64,000 bases of DNA, from NCBI GenBank assembly GCA_034428895.1, contig DAOUGM010000015.1, forward strand, positions 743-64,742, written 5' to 3'. Made by a program: the position numbers and the translations under genes. Origin of the DNA: Anaerolineaceae bacterium. Lineage in GTDB: Bacteria > Chloroflexota > Anaerolineae > Anaerolineales > Anaerolineaceae. Below the pieces are notes generated by a model. That model saw nothing but the letters and a program-made list of their open reading frames with translations, was not told the origin of the DNA and made no database searches. Positions 52,761 to 62,476 of the stretch are shown here, in pieces. The number at the start of each line of letters is the position of its first letter. The stretch's first letter is position 1.

Positions 52761-53912
52761 ATGCCCCTGAACGAAAGTGAATTGATTACCTTTGCGCAGC
52801 GGCTGGTGCGCGCGAAGAGCATTACCGGTAGCGAACAGGAAGTTATCAACGTTCTTTTCACCGAAATGATGAAACTTGGCTACGACAGGACCCGGGTGGA
52901 CGAAACCGGCAACTTGATCGGCACCATTGAAGGGGAGAAAGACGGCCCGACCATTTTACTGGACGGACATTGCGACACGGTGGATGCGAACCCGCCCGAC
53001 TGGAAGCACGCTCCGTGGGCGGCAGAAATCGAGAACGGCAGGCTCTACGGGCGCGGTGCGGCGGACATGAAGGGTTCGCTGGCAGCCATGATCCATGCCG
53101 CTGCTGCGATCGACCGCAGCCGTCTTGCCGGGCGGATTGCCGTCAGCGCCACGGTAACGGAGGAGAACGTGGAGGGCGGATCGCTACGCAGTGTGGTCGA
53201 GGCGGTCCATCCTGATTACGTGGTGATCGGCGAAGCCACTGAGCTCAACCTCAACCGCGGCGGGCGCGGACGGGCTGAAATCCAGGTTTCGACTTTTGGA
53301 CGTTCCGCGCATTCCTCCTCACCTTCCGCCGGGCGTTGCGCAGTCACCGACATGATGCGTGTCCTCCAGGCCATCCAGAATCACAAAGACCCGGTCGATC
53401 CTTTCCTCGGCGCCGGTTCAATGGTGTTGACAGACATCATTTCCGAACCGTATCCCGGTCATTCCGTGATCCCTTATCGCTGCCGCGTCACATACGACCG
53501 GCGGCTGCTTCCCGGTGAGACCAATACAGGGATCATTGAGGTTCTACGAACCCTTCCCGGCCTCGAAGATATTCAATATGAGGTTGGGCTGGTTACGCAG
53601 GAAGAACGCACTCACACCGGGGTAGTGCTTGAGGGCGAGAAATTCTTTCCGGCCTGGATCTTTCCGGAAACCCATCCATTCGTGACCACAGCGAAACGCG
53701 GCCTGGAAGTGGCGGGTCTGACCCCCAGAATTGGCGGATACCGTTTCTGCACCAACGGTGCATATTGCGCGGGCGTGATGGGCATTCCCACGGTTGGGTT
53801 TGGCATCGGACGTGAAGAGGATGCTCACATTGCAGATGAATCCATCGCTGTGGCGGACCTGCTGACTGCCGCTCGCGGATACCAGGGTATCATCCAGGCT
53901 GTTTGTTCGTGA
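52761..53912 (+). CDS. M20-family metallohydrolase, YgeY/ArgE/DapE-like (paralog 1)
   Basis: 383 aa with LLDGHCDTV, GRGAADMKG and the C-terminal FCTNGAYCAGVMGIPTVGFGIGREEDAHIADE, parallel to the YgeY FSTNG...GIP.IGFGPG...AH motif. RBS is GAAGGAG. Confidence 0.85.
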   Translation: MPLNESELITFAQRLVRAKSITGSEQEVINVLFTEMMKLGYDRTRVDETGNLIGTIEGEKDGPTILLDGHCDTVDANPPDWKHAPWAAEIENGRLYGRGAADMKGSLAAMIHAAAAIDRSRLAGRIAVSATVTEENVEGGSLRSVVEAVHPDYVVIGEATELNLNRGGRGRAEIQVSTFGRSAHSSSPSAGRCAVTDMMRVLQAIQNHKDPVDPFLGAGSMVLTDIISEPYPGHSVIPYRCRVTYDRRLLPGETNTGIIEVLRTLPGLEDIQYEVGLVTQEERTHTGVVLEGEKFFPAWIFPETHPFVTTAKRGLEVAGLTPRIGGYRFCTNGAYCAGVMGIPTVGFGIGREEDAHIADESIAVADLLTAARGYQGIIQAVCS

Positions 53913-53981
53913 ACTAGGCGAAATTCGCCCGAATTTCACCGACCCATTTCAAACTTATTTTTACCGATTATTGAGGTAACC

Positions 53982-55289
53982 ATGAGAAACACGCATTTGA
54001 TCTCCCGGGCTGAGGCGTTGACGGAATCGCGCCGCTGCCTGGGCTGTTATGATGCCCCATGTGTTCAGGCTTGCCCGGCAGGAGTGAATGTTCCCATGTT
54101 CATCCGCCGCCTGCTTGAAGACAACATCCAGGGCTCCGCGCACCTGATCTATCAGGCCAACCCGCTGGCGGTCACCTGCGGTTGTGTGTGCCCAACCTCA
54201 ACCTTGTGCGAGGGCGCCTGTGTTTTAAAAGACCTCGGGCAAACCCCGATCCGCATCGGAGCGCTGCAGGTCTACGCTTCCAGTCAATATGAAGGGTTGG
54301 ACGAAACCAAGCAAATCGACCGACCGGCAAAGGTCGCAGTCATTGGCGCGGGACCCGGCGGATTGGGCTGCGCGGTTCAACTTGCAAGATTGGGTCACCG
54401 GGTGCATGTGTTCGATCAATCAAAGACCCTCTCCGGTCTGGTCGAGAGGGTGATCCCGGCCCACCGTCTTCCGCGGGAAGCAGTGACACTGGATACGAAA
54501 CGTATCCAGAATATGGGCATCATATTTCATTTGAACCAGAGGATCGACAAAACCCAGGCTGAGAAATTGCGCGCAGCTTATGACGCGATTTTCGTGGCTG
54601 CCGGTTTGGACGGGATCAATGCATTTGATGTGCCTGGTTTTGATTTGCCCGGTGTTTCCCCAGCCATGGATTATCTCGAACAAGCAAGCACGTATGCCAG
54701 GGGAGAAGCCGAATCTCCGCTGACTGGTAAAAAGGTGGCGGTCATCGGAGGGGGGAACGTCGCGCTGGACGCGGCTGTGGTCGCCAAACGGTTGGGTGCT
54801 GAACGGGTGATCGTCCTCTACCGGCGGACAATGGAACAGATGCCGGGTTGGGAAAGCGAATACCTGGAAGCGACCGCCCTGGGGGTGGAATTCCGCTGGT
54901 TAACCATCGTGGAAGAAGTGGTCGGCAACGGGGATGGGGTGAAAGCGGTAAAACTGGCATCCATGCGCCTGGGTGAAGCGGGCAGCGACGGTCGCCGCAA
55001 GGTGGAACGCGATCCGCAGGGAGAAAAATGCATAATGCAGTGCGACCAGGTGATCCACGCTCTGGGACAGACGCTTGACCCCGATATTGCTGAAACTTTT
55101 AGGCTAGCGATCAATCCGCACGGCACGCTTGCGGTGGATGCGGCAACGCATCGGGCAGGGGACTTGAACATTTTTGCCGGCGGTGAGTGCGTTAGCGGCG
55201 GCTCGTCCGTGGTGCACTCGATGAGCCAGGGGATGAAAGCTGCTAGACAGATTGATCAATGGTGGATGGAAAAGGCAGGTGCGGCATGA
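53982..55289 (+). CDS. preT: NAD-dependent dihydropyrimidine dehydrogenase subunit PreT-like (GltD-like FeS flavoprotein)
   Basis: 435 aa with the N-terminal Cys-rich CLGCYDAPCVQACPAGVNVP and the dinucleotide motifs VAVIGAGPGG and VAVIGGGNVALD, collinear with E. coli PreT as I recall it. Confidence 0.8.
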   Translation: MRNTHLISRAEALTESRRCLGCYDAPCVQACPAGVNVPMFIRRLLEDNIQGSAHLIYQANPLAVTCGCVCPTSTLCEGACVLKDLGQTPIRIGALQVYASSQYEGLDETKQIDRPAKVAVIGAGPGGLGCAVQLARLGHRVHVFDQSKTLSGLVERVIPAHRLPREAVTLDTKRIQNMGIIFHLNQRIDKTQAEKLRAAYDAIFVAAGLDGINAFDVPGFDLPGVSPAMDYLEQASTYARGEAESPLTGKKVAVIGGGNVALDAAVVAKRLGAERVIVLYRRTMEQMPGWESEYLEATALGVEFRWLTIVEEVVGNGDGVKAVKLASMRLGEAGSDGRRKVERDPQGEKCIMQCDQVIHALGQTLDPDIAETFRLAINPHGTLAVDAATHRAGDLNIFAGGECVSGGSSVVHSMSQGMKAARQIDQWWMEKAGAA

Positions 55290-56521
55290 GAAATATCGAT
55301 CTGGGGGTTCAGTTCGCCGGGGTAAATTTCATCAATCCGTTCATGATCGCGGCATCTCCATCCACCAACTCCAGGGAGATGACCGCCCGGGCTTTCGAAG
55401 CCGGGTGGGCAGGTGCGGTATTGAAAACCGTTTCGCCGGTGGGCAATCCCATACCGCTGGTGTATCCGATGATGTCCAGCCTGGAACCGGGAGCAAACAT
55501 GCTTGCGCTGCACAATATTGACTTGCTTTCCGATAAACTGGCGAACGAATGGATGGAGGATGTGGCGTGGCTGAAAACAAGGTTCCCCGCTCACAGGGTC
55601 ATCCTGAGCATTGTGGGTGAATCGAAGCAGGATTGGGTTAATCTTGTTCGGCAGGCAGAGGAATGCGGCGCGGACATGATTGAAGCCAGCATCTCCTGTC
55701 CGCAGGGTTCGATGGTGGAAGGTGAACAGGCGGCCGACGGCTGGATGATCAGCCAGGATGCTCACCTGACCGAGAAGGTTACCGGCTGGATCTGCCAGGC
55801 GGCTTCGAAGATTCCTGTGTATGTCAAAATTACTTCCGGCGTTACCGATATCCAATCCATTGCCCGGGCGGTGGAACGCGGGGGCGCTGCCGGGGTATGC
55901 GTGATCGACTCGATCGAGGGCATCGTGGGAGTCGACCTGGAGAGTTACTCGCCGCTGCCGTCGGTGCAGGGATTCGGTGCGCACGGGGGCGTGACGGGCA
56001 AGGCCATCAAGCCGGTTGCACTGCGCTGCGTGGCGGATATCTCCAGCACGGTCAGTCTGCCGGTGATCGGCGTGGGTGGCATCTATGACTGGAGGGATGC
56101 TTTGCAATTTGTCTTGCTGGGCGCCTCGGCATTGCAGGTCTGCACAAGCGTGATGCAGCGCGGTTTTGGTTTGATCGACAACCTGCTGGACGGCATGACG
56201 CGCTGGCTGGATCGAAAAGGATATTCCAGCCTGGAACAGGTGAGGGGGCAGGCTCAGCCGCATATCAAGGGGGTCGAGGAACTTTCACCGCGCGATGTAG
56301 TCCTCTCGCATATCGATCTATCGGCATGCATTCACTGCGGTTTATGTCATGTGACCTGCCGAGACGGCGCGCACGGTGCGATCCTATTCGCTCCCGACCG
56401 TATCCCCATTGTGGATGAAACACGCTGCGTGGGATGCGGTTTGTGCGCGCAGGTATGTCCGGTTGCGGATTGCATCTCCATGGAATTCATCCGCGCAGGA
56501 GAAATCGAATCCGGTAGTTGA
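55286..56521 (+). CDS. preA: Dihydropyrimidine dehydrogenase subunit PreA-like (DHOD-like TIM barrel plus two 4Fe-4S motifs)
   Basis: GVNFINPFMIAASP..AGWAGAVLKT resembles PreA. The C-terminus has CIHCGLCHVTC and CVGCGLCAQVCP. Start revised to ATG at 55286, which overlaps the preT stop (ATGA). Confidence 0.85.
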   Translation: MRNIDLGVQFAGVNFINPFMIAASPSTNSREMTARAFEAGWAGAVLKTVSPVGNPIPLVYPMMSSLEPGANMLALHNIDLLSDKLANEWMEDVAWLKTRFPAHRVILSIVGESKQDWVNLVRQAEECGADMIEASISCPQGSMVEGEQAADGWMISQDAHLTEKVTGWICQAASKIPVYVKITSGVTDIQSIARAVERGGAAGVCVIDSIEGIVGVDLESYSPLPSVQGFGAHGGVTGKAIKPVALRCVADISSTVSLPVIGVGGIYDWRDALQFVLLGASALQVCTSVMQRGFGLIDNLLDGMTRWLDRKGYSSLEQVRGQAQPHIKGVEELSPRDVVLSHIDLSACIHCGLCHVTCRDGAHGAILFAPDRIPIVDETRCVGCGLCAQVCPVADCISMEFIRAGEIESGS

Positions 56522-56578
56522 ATGAGTGGTCATCGCTACCTCACTCTGTATTATTCGTGGTGACTGGAGGTGTAGGAA

Positions 56579-59371
56579 ATGGTTGAACTGTTCGAACTCC
56601 AATGCAACGTGAATGGTAATGAGATCAAGGCACAGGTTCCTTCTGAGTTGACCCTGATGTCTTTTCTACGCGATTACCTCAACCTGACGGGTACCAAGAA
56701 CGGCTGCGCCAGCGGTCACTGCGGTGCCTGCACAGTGATTGTGGACGGTAAAGCGATACGTTCCTGCCTGGTGCGCATGGGCAAAGTCAAACCGGGTTCA
56801 AGGATCGAGACCATTGAAGGGCTATCCATTGACGGGCAGCTTCACCCGTTGCAGCATATGTTCATTCAATATGGGGCAGTGCAGTGTGGATACTGCACGC
56901 CGGGCATGATCATGTCTGCCAAGGCACTCATCGAGGCCAATCCTCAACCAAGCGACGAGGAGATCAAAACTCATCTGACCAGGAACCGCAACATCTGCCG
57001 CTGTACCGGATACACCAACATCATCCGTGCTGTGCGGGCAGCCGCCGAAGTGATGGCTTCAGGCGAGAAGCTGCCGCCGCTGGGCGACTGGGGAAAGGAG
57101 ATCAAATCCACCCAGCTCCTCGAGGATGCCATTGGTAAGGTGACAGGCACCACCCGCTACGGCGGCGACATCAAAATGGAAGGTATGTTGTACGGGAAGA
57201 TCCTGTGGTCTGAGCACCCGCATGCCGAAATTCTCAGCGTGGATGCCTCGGAAGCCCTGGCCGTGCCGGGAGTGAAGACCGTGGTTACCGCCTGGGATCT
57301 GAAAGGCATCAACCGTGCCGGAATTGTTTCGGTCAACCGCGACCAACCGGCCATTGCCGGGAATGGACAAAAAGCGCGTTACATTGGTGATTCCATCGCC
57401 TCCGTTTTTGCTGAAAGCGAGGCGATTGCAGAAGAAGCGCTAGAGAAGATCAAAGTGGAATACAAGGTGCTGCCGCCTGTATTGAGCTGGCAGGAGGCTG
57501 CCAAAGCGGACGCTCCCCTTGTGCACTCCAAGGGAAACCTGATGCATCACTGCCAGATTGTGCGCGGTGATGTGGATGAAGCTTTTAAACAATGTGCGGT
57601 GGTGATCGAGAGGGAATACGAAACCCCTCGCGTGGAGCACGGTTTCATGGAACCTGAATCGGGGCTTGCCTTTCCCAGCCATGACGGCGGGGTAACCGTC
57701 ATGCACGGCTCGCAGAGCGTTTTTGACGACCGTTCGCAGATTGCCGAGGAACTCAACCTGCCCGAGGAAAAGGTGCGCGTGGTTCAGATTGCCCAGGGGG
57801 GATCCTTTGGCGGCAAGGAAGATCCCATTTTTCTGGCTCACCTGGCTTTGGGGGCACTCAAGACCGGAAGACCGGTGAGGATCGTGCTGACCCGTCCGGA
57901 ATCGCTGCGGGTGCATGCTAAGCGCCATCCTGCGTGGATGTGGTACAAGACCGGTGCTGACAAGGATGGGCACGTGCTGGCGATCGATTATCGGGTGATC
58001 CTCGATACCGGCGCCTATATGTCGCTGGGTTTCGACGTGCTCGAAAACATGGTGGTCTTTGGCGCAGGCCCTTACTTTGTGCCCAACCTGCGCATGGACG
58101 GCAAGGCCTGGTACACCAACAATGTCCTGTGCGGTGCCATGCGCGGATTCGGTGTCAACCAGGTGGCTTTTGCGCTGGAACAAAACATGGACGAGATGGC
58201 TCGAGCCCTCAGCATCGATCCTTTCGAATTTCGCCTGATCAATGGATTGGAAGCCGGTATGCCCAGCGCTTCCGACCATGTGCTGGAATTGGGCGTAGCC
58301 GCGCACAAGGAAACCGTTTATGCTGCAAGAGACGCGCTAAGGAAGCTTGACCTACCCAAATCAAGCGGCAATAAAAAAATTGGTATCGGCGTGGCGTCGG
58401 CGGTGAAAAATGTGGGTTACGGGCACGATATCCCTGAAAGCGCCGGAACGATCATCGAAATGGACAAGACCGGATTGGTGACGATCAAGGTGTCACACCA
58501 TGAATACGGTCAGGGAGGGTTGGCCGGTCAGGCCAAGCTGGTCATCAATGAACTGGGAATCCCCATCGAAAAGATCAAAGTGATCGGCCCGGATACGGAA
58601 TTGACGATCCCCACCGGTGCCTCGACTGCTTCGCGGCAGACATTCTTGACCGGAAATGCCACGGTGATGGCGTGCCGATCGCTGCGCGACGATCTGTTTG
58701 GGCGTGCGGCGGAAATACTGGATGAGCCTCCGTACAAGTTGGCATTTCAGGATGATCGCATCGTCGATCCGCACAGCGGAAAGAGCGTTCCGCTTTCGGA
58801 ACTGGGCGAAAAGTTTACATGCAGGCGCATCTATTATCCTCCGCGCACAGCTGCCATGCTCTCCGTGGGAGAAAAGAGCCGCTGGGGGGAGTCTGATTTC
58901 ATGTCGCGCATGACGCACTGGGTCTATGCATACGGCACACAGGTTGCGGTGGTGGAAGTGGATGTCGAAAGCGGTGAGGTAAAGGTGCTCACCGTCATCG
59001 CCGCAGCAGATGTTGGCAAACTTCTTAACCGCATGATCTTCGACGGTCAGGTGCAAGGTGCTGTTGTGCAGGGTGTGGGATTTGCCCTCAAAGAGGAATA
59101 CATTGTTGAGAACGGCATCAACCTGACCAATTCGCTGCACATGCTGCATCTGCCCACGGCGGATGACACGCCGTTAATTATCCCGGTGCTGGTCGAGGTT
59201 CCGCATCCCTTTGGACCCCAGGGAGTCAAGGGGTTCGCAGAAGCGCCTTCGCTGGCGACCGCCGGGGCGATCGCCAATGCCATTTATGATGCCGTCGGCG
59301 TGCGGCTGACATCCCTGCCGATGAAGAAAGAAAAGGTGCTGGCCGCCATCCGCGAAAAGCAAGAACTTTGA
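56579..59371 (+). CDS. Fused [2Fe-2S] plus molybdopterin-binding xanthine-dehydrogenase-family protein (XdhD-like), no FAD domain
   Basis: 930 aa. The N-terminus has GCASGHCGACTV and CGYCTPGM...CRCTGY. The rest is an aldehyde oxidase/xanthine dehydrogenase a/b-hammerhead and Mo-binding region (GGSFGGKED, CGAMRGFG). Confidence 0.85.
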   Translation: MVELFELQCNVNGNEIKAQVPSELTLMSFLRDYLNLTGTKNGCASGHCGACTVIVDGKAIRSCLVRMGKVKPGSRIETIEGLSIDGQLHPLQHMFIQYGAVQCGYCTPGMIMSAKALIEANPQPSDEEIKTHLTRNRNICRCTGYTNIIRAVRAAAEVMASGEKLPPLGDWGKEIKSTQLLEDAIGKVTGTTRYGGDIKMEGMLYGKILWSEHPHAEILSVDASEALAVPGVKTVVTAWDLKGINRAGIVSVNRDQPAIAGNGQKARYIGDSIASVFAESEAIAEEALEKIKVEYKVLPPVLSWQEAAKADAPLVHSKGNLMHHCQIVRGDVDEAFKQCAVVIEREYETPRVEHGFMEPESGLAFPSHDGGVTVMHGSQSVFDDRSQIAEELNLPEEKVRVVQIAQGGSFGGKEDPIFLAHLALGALKTGRPVRIVLTRPESLRVHAKRHPAWMWYKTGADKDGHVLAIDYRVILDTGAYMSLGFDVLENMVVFGAGPYFVPNLRMDGKAWYTNNVLCGAMRGFGVNQVAFALEQNMDEMARALSIDPFEFRLINGLEAGMPSASDHVLELGVAAHKETVYAARDALRKLDLPKSSGNKKIGIGVASAVKNVGYGHDIPESAGTIIEMDKTGLVTIKVSHHEYGQGGLAGQAKLVINELGIPIEKIKVIGPDTELTIPTGASTASRQTFLTGNATVMACRSLRDDLFGRAAEILDEPPYKLAFQDDRIVDPHSGKSVPLSELGEKFTCRRIYYPPRTAAMLSVGEKSRWGESDFMSRMTHWVYAYGTQVAVVEVDVESGEVKVLTVIAAADVGKLLNRMIFDGQVQGAVVQGVGFALKEEYIVENGINLTNSLHMLHLPTADDTPLIIPVLVEVPHPFGPQGVKGFAEAPSLATAGAIANAIYDAVGVRLTSLPMKKEKVLAAIREKQEL

Positions 59372-59395
59372 CTTGATTTTAGATGAATCATGATT

Positions 59396-59424
59396 AAAAC
59401 GCTGCCACCTCAGGCAGCGTTTTT
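59396..59424. terminator. Rho-independent terminator between convergent genes
   Basis: 11-bp stem: AAAACGCTGCC (59396-59406) pairs with GGCAGCGTTTT (59413-59423), with A-run and T-run flanks, so it could work in both directions. Confidence 0.65.
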
Positions 59425-59458
59425 GGATTGTCTACCGTCCAGCAACCACGCGGATCGA

Positions 59459-60835
59459 TCAATCGGGATAACAGGGACGCAGGAGGAGTTCGCCGGACGG
59501 TTCTTGATCGACCAGGCGGCCGCTTTCAATAATGGGATTTCCGCGTAGGATGGTCGTTTCCACCCGACCGGCGACTTCCAACCCCTGGTAGAGGGAATGG
59601 TCGGAATTTGAGTGAAGCTTGCTGGCGTCGATATTCGAGCGTCCCCCGGGATCATAGATCACCAGGTCGGCATCACTGCCCTCCGCGATCACGCCTTTGC
59701 GCGGGTAAAGGTTGAAGAGTTTGGCCGGGTTCGCGGACATCAGCGCGACCATCTGTCCGATATTTATTTTCTTTGAGACAACACCGTAAGTGTATATTAA
59801 AGGAAGGCTGGTTTCGATACCCCCTGCACCGCCTGGGATTGCCCTGAAATCGTCCCCGCCCTTGGTCTTCTGCTCGATGGTATAGGGGCAGTGATCGGTG
59901 GCTATGGTGCTGATGCCGGCGGATCGGAGCGCCTGCCACAGTTTATCCTGGTCCTCCTGCCCGCGAAGGGAGGGGGCGAGGATGAAATATGCCGCAGCCG
60001 GTTTTCCCGTTTTGTACGACTCTTCAGTGAACATGAGGTAATGCGGGCAGGTCTCTCCACTTACTTTCAAACCGGAGAGGTGTGCTTCAGTGACCATCTG
60101 TGCACCTTCACGGGTATTGATGTGAGCGATATGGATGCGTGCATTGAGTTGCTTCGCATAGTCGATCACGCGCCGGGTGGCCTCCACATCGGCAATCCGG
60201 GGGTGCGCCTGTGGGTAGAAGCGGATGGCAGTGCTGTTGGCCTGTTCCATCCGGTGGATCGCCTGGTTGACCAGGGTACCATCTTCAGCATGGAAGCAGA
60301 TCATGGTTTTCAAACTGCTGGAGGTTCTTAACAAGGTGAGGATATCCTCATCGGCGAGTTGAAAACCGGAATAGGCCATATAGATCTTGAAACTGGTGAT
60401 TCCCCTGCCGGCAGCTTCTGCCATCTCTGCCAGAGTTTGCGCGGTCACTTTGCGGATGATGAGGTGAAAACTGTAATCCACATAGGAAACGCCCTGGGCT
60501 TTCCCGATTTCCTTGTCCAGCGCGGAAATGATGCCTGAATTCTCTTCCGGAATGACGTATTCAATGATGGTGGTCACACCTCCGAATGCAGCCGAGAGGG
60601 TGCCCGAGTGGAAATCGTCCACAGAATCGAAACTCTCAGAAGGCCACGGCAGGTGCACGTGGGTATCGATCAACCCCGGCAGGATGTATTTCCCTCCGGC
60701 ATCAATGGTTCTCTCTGCCTGAAGATCAAGGTTGCTTCCAACCTGGCAAATCTTTCCATCCAGAACGGCAACATCGCTTTCAAATGGGCCGCTGGCATTT
60801 ACGCAAAGACCATTCTTGATCAATAATTGAAGCAT
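59459..60835 (-). CDS. Dihydropyrimidinase / D-hydantoinase (cyclic amidohydrolase)
   Basis: 458 aa with LPGLIDTHVHL, DDFHSGTLSAAFGGVTT, the carboxylated-Lys context SFKIYMAY, and HAED. Confidence 0.9.
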   Translation of the reverse strand: MLQLLIKNGLCVNASGPFESDVAVLDGKICQVGSNLDLQAERTIDAGGKYILPGLIDTHVHLPWPSESFDSVDDFHSGTLSAAFGGVTTIIEYVIPEENSGIISALDKEIGKAQGVSYVDYSFHLIIRKVTAQTLAEMAEAAGRGITSFKIYMAYSGFQLADEDILTLLRTSSSLKTMICFHAEDGTLVNQAIHRMEQANSTAIRFYPQAHPRIADVEATRRVIDYAKQLNARIHIAHINTREGAQMVTEAHLSGLKVSGETCPHYLMFTEESYKTGKPAAAYFILAPSLRGQEDQDKLWQALRSAGISTIATDHCPYTIEQKTKGGDDFRAIPGGAGGIETSLPLIYTYGVVSKKINIGQMVALMSANPAKLFNLYPRKGVIAEGSDADLVIYDPGGRSNIDASKLHSNSDHSLYQGLEVAGRVETTILRGNPIIESGRLVDQEPSGELLLRPCYPD

Positions 60836-61166
60836 CTTGCCTCCAGAGATTCTATGTTGATGCAGTGATTGAACTGAAAGTAAGTCCCTTGATTAGCAAT
60901 CTAACTCTAACTCAATAGCAAAAAATTCGCAAACGATTTCCGTTAACCCGGCCCTTGGACTCTGTGGGTGACCCCGGCTTTGGTCATTGACCGTTGGCGG
61001 CTCTGTCTAGTAAAATTGCACCAGTAGTGCAAATCGATTATTTTTGGTCATATTCTGTTCCATCGGATTTTCAATCCAAAAACCAGTAGAATAACATTCG
61101 GGTTATGGCGTTCAGAAGAATTGAATGCCAGCCATATTACGAGTGCACGATAACTGAGAGGAATAA

Positions 61167-62387
61167 ATGGACGTCCAAAAAGAGATTAAAAACAGGGTTG
61201 CTGAAAAACAAAACGAGATCGTTCAATTTATGAGAGATATATGCGCCATCCCATCCATGGAATCGCAGATTGGACCTGTGGGCGAACGGATTCAGGCTGA
61301 AATGCGTAAACTGGGCTACGATGAAGTGCGTTTCGACAAGATGGGTAATACCCTGGGGCGCATTGGCAATGGGGCCAAGGTTCTGGTCTACGATTCCCAT
61401 ATCGATACGGTGGGCATCGGCGACAGGAACAATTGGAAATGGGATCCTTTTGCCGGCAAGGTGGAAGACGGCAAGTTGTATGCGCGCGGCGCGTGCGATG
61501 AAAAGGGCAGCACACCAGGCATGGTGCACGGATTGGCGATCGCACGCGACCTGGGTCTGCTGGAAGGTTTCACGGTCTACTATTTTGGCAACATGGAAGA
61601 GTGGTGCGACGGTATTGCCCCCAATGCCTTTGTCGAAGCTGACCCCAAGGTGAAACCGGATTTCGTTCTCATCGGTGAACCCACCATGATGAACGTCTAC
61701 CGCGGGCACAAAGGCCGCATTGAACTGAAGATTACGGCCACCGGGCGCTCGGCTCACGCGGCAGTCCATTACACCGGCGATAATGCTGTGTACAAGATGA
61801 TCTCGATCATCAACCTGATTCGCGAGCTTGACCGCCGCATGCGCTTTGGCATGGGACACCATCCAGTGCTCGGTAATCCATCCATTGCCATCACCGATGT
61901 GGAAGCCAGGACGAATTCCATCAATGCCGTTCCTGACCAGTTTACGATCTATATTGATCGGCGTGTCACCCTCAGCGAACCGCATGATGATGTCATTAAT
62001 TTGATCAAGGGTCTGATCCCCGATTACCTGCAGAACGAGATTCATGTCGAGGAGTTGTTCTATGACACTCCTTCATATACTGGATATGTATTTCCGTTAA
62101 ACAAGTACTTTCCGGCGTGGTTGTTGGAAGAATCGCACCCCCTGGTAAAAGCAGGAATGGATTCCATTCATGACCTATGGGATGAAGCGCGACCCCTGGG
62201 AACCTGGGATTTTTCCACCAACGGCACCTATTGGGCGGGAAAGGCTGGTATTCCCTCGATCGGTTTTGGGCCGGGAGACGAGCGGGATGCACATACACCC
62301 ACTGAGAACGTTTCTCTGCAGGAAGTCGTGGATGCCACTGAGTTTTATGCCTATTTACCGAAGAAATTGAAGGAAATCCTGAAGTAA
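61167..62387 (+). CDS. ygeY: YgeY-family M20 metallohydrolase (paralog 2)
   Basis: 406 aa. FMRDICAIPSMES, DSHIDTVG, NWKWDPF, ARGACDEKG and FSTNGTYWAGKAGIPSIGFGPGDERDAHTPTE run in parallel with E. coli YgeY as I remember it. Confidence 0.85.
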   Translation: MDVQKEIKNRVAEKQNEIVQFMRDICAIPSMESQIGPVGERIQAEMRKLGYDEVRFDKMGNTLGRIGNGAKVLVYDSHIDTVGIGDRNNWKWDPFAGKVEDGKLYARGACDEKGSTPGMVHGLAIARDLGLLEGFTVYYFGNMEEWCDGIAPNAFVEADPKVKPDFVLIGEPTMMNVYRGHKGRIELKITATGRSAHAAVHYTGDNAVYKMISIINLIRELDRRMRFGMGHHPVLGNPSIAITDVEARTNSINAVPDQFTIYIDRRVTLSEPHDDVINLIKGLIPDYLQNEIHVEELFYDTPSYTGYVFPLNKYFPAWLLEESHPLVKAGMDSIHDLWDEARPLGTWDFSTNGTYWAGKAGIPSIGFGPGDERDAHTPTENVSLQEVVDATEFYAYLPKKLKEILK

Positions 62388-62412
62388 TCTCAGGATGAGG
62401 ATCATCGAAAAC

Positions 62413-62439
62413 AAACAGCCGGCCAAACCGGCTGTTTTT
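62413..62439 (+). terminator. Rho-independent terminator after the ygeY-like gene
   Basis: 10-bp stem: AAACAGCCGG pairs with CCGGCTGTTT, 5-nt loop, followed by a T-run. Confidence 0.65.
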
Positions 62440-62476
62440 GCATACCAAAGACAAAGCCATTGAATTTTTATGGATC

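Noticed and set aside
55256-56263. Long antisense ORFs inside well-supported genes. Examples are 55256..56263(-), 57440..58306(-), 58493..59149(-), 61137..62045(-), 18954..19976(-), 21217..22020(+), 42475..43311(+), 8638..9309(+) and 36317..36880(+).
   Set aside because: Each lies opposite a gene with strong family motifs. Their translations are Arg/His/Gly/Pro-rich with no motifs or RBS. They are typical GC-skewed shadow frames.
61026-61042. TTGCAC-cagta-GTGCAA inverted repeat in the hydantoinase / ygeY divergent region.
   Set aside because: The arms are only 6 bp and there is no second copy. That is insufficient to call an operator.
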